Counted from the first letter of the stretch, positions 1 through 8,020 are shown. The stretch: 64,000 nt of DNA from Sulfurimonadaceae bacterium (GCA_041571435.1 JBFFUI010000001.1:64001-128000), one strand, 5' to 3'. The notes: generated from the letters alone by a model not told the origin. Translations and numbers: made by a program.

Positions 1-2
1 TC

Positions 3-122
3 GAAGACATGGACGACTACAAAAAACCGCTGAGCGAGAAGAAGATAAAGCTGATCGTCCTTGCCTTTGTCATTGCGCTGGCAGTCTACGCCATCTATGC
101 AGTGGTAATGGGCGGATTCTAA
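3..122 (+). CDS. 3' end of a small membrane protein (possibly starting upstream of the window)
   Basis: Open frame EDMDDYKKPLSEKKIKLIVLAFVIALAVYAIYAVVMGGF* with a C-terminal hydrophobic helix and host-like codon usage. Confidence 0.55.
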   Translation, partial: EDMDDYKKPLSEKKIKLIVLAFVIALAVYAIYAVVMGGF

Positions 123-167
123 AAGAGCATCAGCACCTTGCCTGTACAGTGATAAAAGGAGGATAAG

Positions 168-947
168 ATGATGAGTACCACTCTGAAAATGACGGCGATC
201 GCAGCCATGCTCTGCGGCGGCACCCTCTATGCGGATGCCTTTCATGCCGGTAAAAAAGAGAGCGCTTCGCAGCAAAGCGAGAGCCGAAAAAGCAGCGGTT
301 TTGAACGCAGCCAACGCAGCGATAGCGTTCTGCAGCGTTCGAAAACGCGCCGAAAAACGGCCTCGGAACCGTTCGTGCGTACCGACAAAGTCCCTAAGGC
401 TAAAACGACAAAACCGCCAAAGACGACAACAAGAGTACCGCAGCAAAAAGAGCTGAGAGCTGCCAAGAAGACGCACAAGTGGGTACCGCCGGCTACGAAA
501 CCCCTGCCGTACTACCACCGTCCCGGCTACACCATCCACACTATCCCTAAAGTGGCGGTGACCGTGACGCTGGGCAGCCTCGTCTACTACTACGCCGACG
601 GTATCTACTACCGCCGTCATGACAGCGGCTACATCGTTATCGTACCGCCGATCGGGCTGATCGTACCGGTTCTGCCGCTGGGCTACACGGTGTTTCATTT
701 CTACGGCGGCACCTACTATTACTATGCCGGGGTCTACTATGTCTGGGACATCGATCACCGCGCCTACCGTGTCGTGGATCTTCCCGATGAGTACATAGAG
801 TACGAGCCCGGCGACATCATCGACAAGCTGCCCGACGGTGCCTACACTGTCACCATAGACGGCGTGCAGTACTACCGCTACGGTGGCGTCTATTTTCTGC
901 AGTCCATACAGGGTGAGCGCGTCGTCTACGTCGTCGTCACCCCGTGA
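168..947 (+). CDS. Exported Tyr-rich repeat protein (DUF6515-like)
   Basis: AGGAGG RBS; signal peptide; low-complexity K/T/S N-half; three LP/IP..V...G..YYY..G(V/I)Y(Y/F) repeats. Confidence 0.65.
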   Translation: MMSTTLKMTAIAAMLCGGTLYADAFHAGKKESASQQSESRKSSGFERSQRSDSVLQRSKTRRKTASEPFVRTDKVPKAKTTKPPKTTTRVPQQKELRAAKKTHKWVPPATKPLPYYHRPGYTIHTIPKVAVTVTLGSLVYYYADGIYYRRHDSGYIVIVPPIGLIVPVLPLGYTVFHFYGGTYYYYAGVYYVWDIDHRAYRVVDLPDEYIEYEPGDIIDKLPDGAYTVTIDGVQYYRYGGVYFLQSIQGERVVYVVVTP

Positions 948-1101
948 CGCTGCTAGCGACAAAGAGAAGAGCCCGAAGTGAACACCGAGGCAGAAGAGGA
1001 AGATAAGTCAAAATACCATTTCGGTGCACGCGGGCACTAATCTCTTCTGACATTCGTACATAATATGCATTGAAGAGGGCATCTTACAACAAAGAGTCTA
1101 G

Positions 1102-1251
1102 ATGTCTGACAACCTTCACCTCAACGTCATTTCGATGGACGAAAAACATGATGCCTTTCTGGTACTGCTGGAGGCGGTCCGCACAAGCAACGCGGATACC
1201 TTTTTGTCCCTTTTAACTCCGCTTCTTTTTCTTTATTCTTTACACTTTTGA
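1102..1251 (+). pseudogene. Truncated bacteriohemerythrin (N-terminal fragment only)
   Basis: Manual translation MSDNLHLNVISMDEKHDAFLVLLEAVRTSNADTFLSLL resembles the hemerythrin N-terminus (S-D..L-x-V..MD-xx-H); the frame runs into T-rich sequence and stops before the later His/Glu ligand motifs. Confidence 0.55.
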
Positions 1252-1262
1252 TTACTGTGAGA

Positions 1263-2360
1263 CTAAAAACGTTTCGTTTCTATCCCGAGCGCCTCACCTA
1301 CAGCCACATTGTGAAGCACCCCATCATAGGTATTTAAAGCCGAGACCATGACAGGCAGTTCATGACAGATGGCCTCTGCACCGTGTTGAGCCAGCGCCTT
1401 GACATACGGCAGGGTCGCGTTGGTCAGGGCATAGGTCGATGTTCTCGGATAGGCCCCCGGCATGTTTGCGACACAGTAGTGGACAACACCCTCTTCGACG
1501 AAAGTCGGTTCAGAGTGTGTCGTCGCATGCGAGCTCTCAAAGCAGCCGCCCTGGTCGATGGAGACATCCACAAGAACACTCCCCTTTTTCATCAGTTTAA
1601 GCATCTCTCTGATGACAAGTTTTGGCGCTTTGGCACCGGGTATCAGTACCGTTCCGACGACAAAATCGCACTCCGGCAGCAGCTTGGCGATCGAACCGGC
1701 CGAGCTGTACATTGTCGCAACATTGGCCGGCATGACATCGTTCAGATAACTCAGCCGTTCAAGATTGATGTCAAAAATCGTCACATCTGCACCCAGTCCC
1801 GCGGCCACCTCAGCGGCACACTTACCGGCCACCCCGCCGCCGAGCACCATCACTTTCGCACGTTCCGTTCCGACGACACCGCCGGCAAGCAGTCCAAGCC
1901 CGCCATGGTAACGGCCTAGATGCACACTCCCCATCAAAGAGGCCATCTTGCCAGCCACTTCGCTCATCGGCTCCAGCAGCGGCAGACGTCCCTTAACCGT
2001 CAGCGTCTCATACGAAAAGGCGCGTATCCCTTTTTTCAGTAAAAACCGTGTCTGCTTCTCATCGGCCGCCAGATGCAGGTAGGTGAAAAGTGTCTGATTG
2101 GGTTTGAAAAGCGCGTATTCAGACTCGATCGGCTCTTTGACCTTGACTATCATCTCTGAAAGCTCAAAGAGCTCTTCCGCCTCCAGCAGTATAGAAGCGC
2201 CCGCATCGACATACTCCCTGTCGCTAAAACCGCTTCCTTCACCCGCTCCGCTCTCCACATAGACGCTGTGGCCGGCTTTAATCAGCTCCGTCACACCGCT
2301 GGGTGTGATCGAAACCCTGTACTCATCTGTTTTGACCTCTTTTGGTACACCTATCAGCAT
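1263..2360 (-). CDS. ald: Alanine dehydrogenase
   Basis: IGVPKE, KVKEP, FTYLHLAA, PLLEPMSEVAG, GGGVAG, IDQGGC, YCVANMPGA motifs. Confidence 0.95.
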   Translation of the reverse strand: MLIGVPKEVKTDEYRVSITPSGVTELIKAGHSVYVESGAGEGSGFSDREYVDAGASILLEAEELFELSEMIVKVKEPIESEYALFKPNQTLFTYLHLAADEKQTRFLLKKGIRAFSYETLTVKGRLPLLEPMSEVAGKMASLMGSVHLGRYHGGLGLLAGGVVGTERAKVMVLGGGVAGKCAAEVAAGLGADVTIFDINLERLSYLNDVMPANVATMYSSAGSIAKLLPECDFVVGTVLIPGAKAPKLVIREMLKLMKKGSVLVDVSIDQGGCFESSHATTHSEPTFVEEGVVHYCVANMPGAYPRTSTYALTNATLPYVKALAQHGAEAICHELPVMVSALNTYDGVLHNVAVGEALGIETKRF

Positions 2361-2469
2361 TAGTTCTCCTTTCTTAAGAGACTACGAACGCTTTAAAACG
2401 CGGCAACCTCGCATTGCGCGAAACGAGCGTTACAGAGGCAGAGAGATCACACCCTCTGCGTCAGGTCGA

Positions 2470-2682
2470 TCAATAACTGCCTTCACTCATGGCGATGACA
2501 AAGTTGTCATCGACTTGGACGACATCGAATTCATGTTTGCCGCAAAAAGACTCATTGAGCTGTTGTGCCCATGCACGCGCGACGCGCAGTGCGTTTTCCT
2601 TGTCGTTGAACGTCTTGATCTGCGGCATGTTCTGACGTTTTGCACACCCACACATCTTCTCTACTACTACATGATATTCCAT
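2470..2682 (-). CDS. Small putative metal-binding protein, paralogue A (C-x-C-x33-C-x2-H)
   Basis: 70 aa; AAGG RBS; paralogous to 2900..3130 with identical Cys/His spacing. Confidence 0.75.
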   Translation of the reverse strand: MEYHVVVEKMCGCAKRQNMPQIKTFNDKENALRVARAWAQQLNESFCGKHEFDVVQVDDNFVIAMSEGSY

Positions 2683-2715
2683 AATGTCACCTTTTCTTTT
2701 TTAAATAGCATCGGT

Positions 2716-2804
2716 TAAACCCTATGCAGTCCCAGCATCAAAATCTTCTTATTGGATGAAATTAGTGTTGTGTATGGCATGTTGCTGAGACAGCATAGGG
2801 TTTA
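2716..2804. repeat. 22-bp imperfect inverted repeat with 45-nt spacer
   Basis: taaaccctatgcagtcccagca (2716-2737) vs tgctgagacagcatagggttta (2783-2804); 2 mismatches, one of which is G-U on the minus strand. Confidence 0.8.
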
Positions 2805-2899
2805 GCGCCTCTGTCTTCTGTTATGACAAATGCATGAAGTGTTCCCATCGGCCTCTAAAGCCCTGAAACAGGGGTGTTTAAAGAGATGGGAAAATGGTA

Positions 2900-3130
2900 T
2901 TAGATCTCACATGCCTCGACGAAGCCGCCCTCTTCGACAGAGATGACAAAATTGTCGTCCACCTCGACAATATCGAAGCCGTGTCTGCCGCAGAAATTGT
3001 TGTTGAGGGCATCCGCCCACTCGTACGCATGCTCCTCGGCATCCTCTTTTGTGTCAAATGTACGGATCTGTTCTGTCGCGTTTTTCTTGGCGCAGGCACA
3101 GAGCTTTTCAAGAACGATGTGGTGTGGCAC
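2900..3130 (-). CDS. Small putative metal-binding protein, paralogue B (C-x-C-x33-C-x2-H)
   Basis: 76 aa; GTG start overlapping the upstream stop; CAC and FCGRH motifs. Confidence 0.75.
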   Translation of the reverse strand: MPHHIVLEKLCACAKKNATEQIRTFDTKEDAEEHAYEWADALNNNFCGRHGFDIVEVDDNFVISVEEGGFVEACEI

Positions 3131-3315
3131 TAGGAGAGCCTACTGTTTACAGAGATCAGGTAAAACTGGTCTTTGAGTTTGTTAAGCTGTTTGATGATCA
3201 GGTCATGGTGCTCATCGCTGAGAACGTAATGCTGCTCCATAAAATCGTACATCTTGTCGATGTTGGTGTACGTCTCTTTTAAAAGCTCTTCTTTGATCTT
3301 TGCTTCTACGCTCAT
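3130..3315 (-). CDS. Small helical hypothetical protein
   Basis: 61 aa; AAGGA RBS; translationally coupled to the next gene. Confidence 0.65.
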   Translation of the reverse strand: MSVEAKIKEELLKETYTNIDKMYDFMEQHYVLSDEHHDLIIKQLNKLKDQFYLISVNSRLS

Positions 3316-3377
3316 TGTCTATTCCTTCTGTAGTCTTGCCTCTCTATCTGCAAGATATATACCAGAGCGTGTATAGC

Positions 3378-4223
3378 TCAATGCCTGTCAAAAAGACGTT
3401 GCATCTTGGCAAGATCATGCTGCGTCGAATAAAGAGGTTTTGTAGACTCCCGGCGCAGGCGCTTTTCAAAAGTCGTGCCAACGTTTTTATAAAAGAGCCC
3501 CAGTGGCATCGGCAGGGTCTCCAGCGCTTTTTGCATCGCCGCCGCCCGGTCGTTTGTGTCATGCGATGCATCCAGCCGGTACGTGTTCTCCTTGAACCAT
3601 CGATAGGTATTGACCTTGTTAAAGGTGACACAAGGCTGAAAAATATCGACCAGCGCATACCCGGGATGCAAAAATGCGGCTTTAAGCACCTCTTTCGCGT
3701 AGGCGCCGTCACCGACATTGACTCTGGAGACAAAACCGGCCTTGAGTGCCAATGCAACGGCGATCGGGTTGAAGGGTTCGTTCCCCACCCCGTCGACCTG
3801 TACCGCTGTCGTGAACCCCGGCTGGCTTGTCGGCGATGCCTGTCCTTTGGTGAGGCCGTAGACCATATTGTTATGAACGATATGGACAATGTTGACATTG
3901 CGCCGTATAGCGTGCAGGAAATGGTTTCCGCCCTCTCCGTACATGTCGCCGTCTCCGCCTTCAGCGACGACGGTCAGCTGCGGGTTGGCCGTTTTGACAG
4001 CCGTTGCGATGGGCACGGCCCTGCCATGAAGGACGCCGAACATATGGGTATCGATATAGTAAGGTGTCTTGGCAGCCTGCCCGATGCCGGAGACGATGAC
4101 CGTGTTGTTTTTGTCTACCTGCAGCTCCTCCAAAACCTCTTTGATCAGTTTCAAGATACCGAAGTTTCCACAACCCGGGCACCATGCGACATCGACGTTT
4201 TCGCGATCAAACGGATGGTTCAT
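3378..4223 (-). CDS. 2-oxoacid:acceptor oxidoreductase beta subunit (TPP-binding)
   Basis: WCPGCGN, HGRA, GGDGD..N TPP motif, YGLTKGQASPT, QPCVTFN. Confidence 0.93.
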   Translation of the reverse strand: MNHPFDRENVDVAWCPGCGNFGILKLIKEVLEELQVDKNNTVIVSGIGQAAKTPYYIDTHMFGVLHGRAVPIATAVKTANPQLTVVAEGGDGDMYGEGGNHFLHAIRRNVNIVHIVHNNMVYGLTKGQASPTSQPGFTTAVQVDGVGNEPFNPIAVALALKAGFVSRVNVGDGAYAKEVLKAAFLHPGYALVDIFQPCVTFNKVNTYRWFKENTYRLDASHDTNDRAAAMQKALETLPMPLGLFYKNVGTTFEKRLRRESTKPLYSTQHDLAKMQRLFDRH

Positions 4224-6745
4224 GACAACTCCTTTAGCGATTTCTCTATCATACCGGTCAACTCGTCAGCAAAGAAACTGAACCCGTTGGACTGCAGGAT
4301 CCTCTCGTCTACCGTTATGTCGTGAAGCCTGAGCTGATCGCCAAAAGCGCCATCGGCACTGTTCTCGACGACAATCTTGTGTTTGTACGATTTCAAAACG
4401 CTCAGCTGCGCAGCGCTGAGCGGGTGGACCCAGGCAAAGTGGACCTGGACCAGACGCGGATCGTCCAGTCTATCCAGCGCTTCGGCGATAGCGCCTTTGG
4501 TCGAACCCCAGCCGATGACGGCAATCTCTCCGTCACCCTTGCAGACAGGCAAGACAGCCTCATTGAGGATCCCTTCATTTTTACGTGCACGTTTGGCTAC
4601 CATCTGATCCCGAATCTTGTAATCTTCGGTGATCTGCCCGCGTTCGTCATGTTCGTCACTGACGGCACAGATCAGCCCCTCGCCGAAACCCGGAACCGCT
4701 CTCGGGCTGACGCCGCTTACGGTGTCGCTGTAGCGCGCATACTCTTGTGTGCTTTTTACGATGTATCTGCGCTGTTCGTATGCGGAGAAATCGACATTGG
4801 CTGTCATCATAACGGTGTCTGCCAGGTACTGGTCACTCAAGACGATGACCGGGACCTGATATCGGTCGGCGAGTTCAAAAGCCAGATACCCGTAGTCGAT
4901 GCACTCCTGCAGCGAACCGGGGGCAAGGATCACACGGGGGAAGGGACCGTGTCCCGAGTAAAGTGCCATGTTCAGATCGCCCTGCTCGCTTCGTGTCGGC
5001 AGTCCAGTTGCAGGTCCGGGACGCTGCGCAAGATAGATGACGGCGGGCGTCTCTGTCATACCGCTGAGGCTCAATGCCTCACCCATCAGTGCAAAACCGC
5101 CGCCGGAGGTCGTTGTCATCGCACGTGCCCCTGCATACCATGCGCCCAGCACCATCGTCAACGAGGCGATCTCGTCTTCGCTCTGCTCGACGGCGATCTC
5201 AAACTCTTTTGACATCGCTGCCATAAAGTTTAATACACCGGTCGAGGGCGACATCGGGTAGGCGGTGACCATATTGCAGCCGCCGGATAAAAAGCCGAAG
5301 CCCGAAGCGGTCGTACCGTCCATGAGATGCAGCTTTTCCACCTCTTCAGGATGCGCCTCCGGCAGTGCGGGCAGCGTTGCAAAAGAGAGTCTCTCTCCCT
5401 CTTCAAGACCCGCCTCTGCCGCCTCTATGTTCGCAGGCTCCTCTTTGAAACGATCGCCGATACTGTGCAACAGGTGCTCCCCTTCCATCTTCAACAATCC
5501 GAACAGAAGACCTGCCACATAGGTGTTGGCATAACGGGCACTGCCGAGTTTCTGCACCGTGGCATGCATCGCAATCGCCTTGGCATCGGCATCACGGTCT
5601 GCAAAAGCCTCGTCTGTCAAAATTACGGTTGTTTCCGTGCATCGCCACTTTGCATGTTCCAAAGCCGCTGCATCAATGGCGATAAAAATATCGACCTCCC
5701 TGCAGGGCGCATTCACAGGCCTATTCGAGACCCTGAACAGCACCGTATTGCTGCCGCCCCGCACCCGTGACATAAACTCTTTTGTTGAAAAGGTGTAGTA
5801 ACCGCTCTGTTTAAAGGCATCATTGAGAAGCTTCTCAATCGTATCGATACCGGTTCCCGCCGCCCCGCCGATCAGAATCGCCATACTTTTCTGCTGACCC
5901 GTTCTGACGGTCTTCTCTGCTGCGCTAGAAAATTTTACAGGCGGTTCCGTCGACGGCGTGAGAAACGGTACCGCATAGTTTGCGTGCTCTGGCAGTTTCT
6001 CCGAAACAGGGGCTAAAGGTTCCGGCCTTTCGGAGTACGCATGCTCGACTTCAGGTTCCGGTTCCTCCCCCCAGGTGATCTTCCCGCCGTAATAGCCCAG
6101 AACAATGACAGTGGCACCGGTGAAGAGAACAATGCCATGGTATACGATACCTTCAAATATGGGTTCATATACGATCGAGGGATTTTCGAGGTAAAGAGTA
6201 ATACCGACGACACCCAGCAACAGCGTCAGTGTCGCGACGATCAGCTTGACAACAAAAGGACGGCTCATAGAGAGGTCGTAATTGATCCACCAGCTTAACA
6301 TTCCCGGGATCATTGCAAAAAAGCCCATGACCGTGGCCACGAAAAAGGCATAGAAGACACCGACGGCATAGGCATCTTTAGGAAGCGCAAAAAAAAGAAG
6401 ATCCAATCCCGCCGCAAAGATATGCAGCGCGATCGGAAAGTGGACAAGCATCGGATGGGGGTGGTATTTTCGATAAAGCAGCCTCAGCTTCGCTTTATAC
6501 CGCTCCATTGAAGCGGACGCCTCCTCTTCCAATACGGCAACGACCTTGAACTTCCTGAAGACCTCATCGCCGTGTGGTGCAGCGGCCAGCATCGACGTCA
6601 AATCCTGCCCTGCGCGGTGTATTTTCTGATGCTCGCCGTTTTTCCAGAGAGGGCTCTCTGTGACATCGTAGACTTTGCCTTTGTAAGCGACGTAGGCTTT
6701 CGCCCCGTCACGGCCGTCGTAACGCTTTAGTTCACCAGGTGTCAT
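4220..6745 (-). CDS. Fusion: cytochrome b5-like heme domain + DUF2231-type membrane domain + 2-oxoacid:acceptor oxidoreductase gamma/alpha subunit
   Basis: aa1-75 YVAYKGKVYDVT..H...H.AGQDLT..APH; aa~95-230 HPMLVHFPIAL plus 4 hydrophobic helices and GYYGG; from aa~290 IGGAAGTG, SRVRGG, AYPMSP, EDEIA, TSGGGF, RPGPATGLPT. Confidence 0.9.
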   Translation of the reverse strand: MTPGELKRYDGRDGAKAYVAYKGKVYDVTESPLWKNGEHQKIHRAGQDLTSMLAAAPHGDEVFRKFKVVAVLEEEASASMERYKAKLRLLYRKYHPHPMLVHFPIALHIFAAGLDLLFFALPKDAYAVGVFYAFFVATVMGFFAMIPGMLSWWINYDLSMSRPFVVKLIVATLTLLLGVVGITLYLENPSIVYEPIFEGIVYHGIVLFTGATVIVLGYYGGKITWGEEPEPEVEHAYSERPEPLAPVSEKLPEHANYAVPFLTPSTEPPVKFSSAAEKTVRTGQQKSMAILIGGAAGTGIDTIEKLLNDAFKQSGYYTFSTKEFMSRVRGGSNTVLFRVSNRPVNAPCREVDIFIAIDAAALEHAKWRCTETTVILTDEAFADRDADAKAIAMHATVQKLGSARYANTYVAGLLFGLLKMEGEHLLHSIGDRFKEEPANIEAAEAGLEEGERLSFATLPALPEAHPEEVEKLHLMDGTTASGFGFLSGGCNMVTAYPMSPSTGVLNFMAAMSKEFEIAVEQSEDEIASLTMVLGAWYAGARAMTTTSGGGFALMGEALSLSGMTETPAVIYLAQRPGPATGLPTRSEQGDLNMALYSGHGPFPRVILAPGSLQECIDYGYLAFELADRYQVPVIVLSDQYLADTVMMTANVDFSAYEQRRYIVKSTQEYARYSDTVSGVSPRAVPGFGEGLICAVSDEHDERGQITEDYKIRDQMVAKRARKNEGILNEAVLPVCKGDGEIAVIGWGSTKGAIAEALDRLDDPRLVQVHFAWVHPLSAAQLSVLKSYKHKIVVENSADGAFGDQLRLHDITVDERILQSNGFSFFADELTGMIEKSLKELS

Positions 6746-6802
6746 CGCCTTCTCCTTCTGGTCAGAACGGGGATGGAAATCGTGCGTAAAACGTGCAGAA
6801 CG

Positions 6803-7483
6803 CTACGATGGGGTCTGCTCATGCTCCTGCATCGTATCGACATAGTCGCACACTTCGTTGTCATCGTTGCACGGCTGACTGTAGCCGGCTATCGGATCGT
6901 TCAGCACCTTCGCCAGGTTATCCGAGACGAATTCCCAGTTGACTAGTTTCCACCAGTTCTCCAGGTATTCCGGCCGGGCGTTGCGGCGGTCGATGTAGTA
7001 GGCATGTTCCCAGACATCACAGGTGAGCAGCGGCACCGTCGCTCGCCGTATCGGCGTATCGGCATTGCTGGTCTGCTCGATCGCGAGTGTGCCCTCTTTG
7101 GTGATGACCAGCCACACCCATCCCGAACCGAACAGCCCCGCAGCTGCAACCAGGAATGCTTCTCTGAACGCATCCATGGTGCCAAAATCGCGTTCGATCA
7201 TATCCGACAGCTCGACCGAAGGGGTGGTCGGCGTGGCCGACAGACTGTGCCAGTAGAAGTCGTGGTTATAGACCTGTGCGGCATTGTTGAAAATCCCGCC
7301 TTCGGCATGTTTGATGATCTCTATGAGAGACATGTCGGCAAACTTCGTGTTCTCGATAAGGCCGTTGAGTTTGTTCACATACCCGGCATGGTGTTTACCG
7401 TAGTGAAAGGAGATGGTCTCTTCGGAGATATAAGGTTCAAGCGCGTTCTGCGCATAAGGCAGTTGCATTAATTGGTGTTGCAT
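6803..7483 (-). CDS. sodB: Fe superoxide dismutase with C-terminal extension
   Basis: HYGKHH, FNNAAQVYNH (AAQ is the Fe-type signature), GLFGSGW, DVWEHAYY. Confidence 0.95.
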   Translation of the reverse strand: MQHQLMQLPYAQNALEPYISEETISFHYGKHHAGYVNKLNGLIENTKFADMSLIEIIKHAEGGIFNNAAQVYNHDFYWHSLSATPTTPSVELSDMIERDFGTMDAFREAFLVAAAGLFGSGWVWLVITKEGTLAIEQTSNADTPIRRATVPLLTCDVWEHAYYIDRRNARPEYLENWWKLVNWEFVSDNLAKVLNDPIAGYSQPCNDDNEVCDYVDTMQEHEQTPS

Positions 7484-7670
7484 CGTGTCCTCCTTGTTTT
7501 TTTTAAGCTCTACATATCATCCTACTCTCATAATTTTAAACATCTGCACAATCAAAAAAATTAGATCGAATACATAAGTAAAATCAATACTGAAAAAGAA
7601 GGGTTAGATGCTTGGTGCTGCTAAAATGGAAAAAGGAAGGGTATATAAAGGTAAAAAAAATGGTGTAAGC

Positions 7671-7693
7671 TGCTGCCCTCGGAGAGGACAGCA
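7671..7693 (-). terminator. Hairpin 3' of the nifK relic
   Basis: tgctgccctc-gga-gaggacagca; fully paired with one G-U on the minus strand; T-run about 10 nt downstream. Confidence 0.45.
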
Positions 7694-7718
7694 TAAGAAG
7701 AATAGTTGAAAACTACTA

Positions 7719-7850
7719 TTAACGAACCAGGTCGAAGAAGTAGTCAGTTGACGCGATACCTTTGGTCTCTTCGTCAAGTTGGTCAAGAACCTTGTTCGTG
7801 ATCCAAGTCAACAGGTTCAGCGCACCATCGTAGTCAACCACTACTGTAAC
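7719..7850 (-). pseudogene. nifK: Relic 3' end of nitrogenase MoFe protein beta chain
   Basis: YDGALNLLTWITNKVLDQLDEETKGIASTDYFFDLVR* matches the NifK C-terminus as recalled (Azotobacter-type GYEGAMQILTTLVNSILERLDEETRGMQATDYNHDLVR*); no start and no upstream nifK sequence. Confidence 0.85.
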
Positions 7851-7853
7851 AAC

Positions 7854-8000
7854 TTGACGGAGACGGTCGAGCAACTCAGGCTGCACCCGCTGCAGCAGAT
7901 TGTCTTGCTCAAACCGATCAAAGCGATTGAACGCCAAGAGACCTATGAATACGGTGCCCAGGACCGCGATGCGGTTTTGGACATCCCCTATATGACCTAA
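7854..8000 (+). pseudogene. Orphan 3' fragment of an unidentified gene at the deletion junction
   Basis: LTETVEQLRLHPLQQIVLLKPIKAIERQETYEYGAQDRDAVLDIPYMT* with host codon usage, no RBS, ending 20 nt before the next gene; abuts the nifK relic back-to-back. Confidence 0.5.
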
Positions 8001-8020
8001 CCCAAATACAAAGGAAAACA

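Noticed and set aside
2716-2804. Inverted repeat as an integron attC site or IS end
   Set aside because: Ends do not fit RYYYAAC/GTTRRRY; no integrase, transposase or target-site duplication seen
3300-5212. Long plus-strand ORFs (341 aa, 296 aa) and similar antisense ORFs elsewhere (e.g. 55112..56119, 60730..61830)
   Set aside because: Shadow frames opposite well-supported genes, with no motifs or RBS
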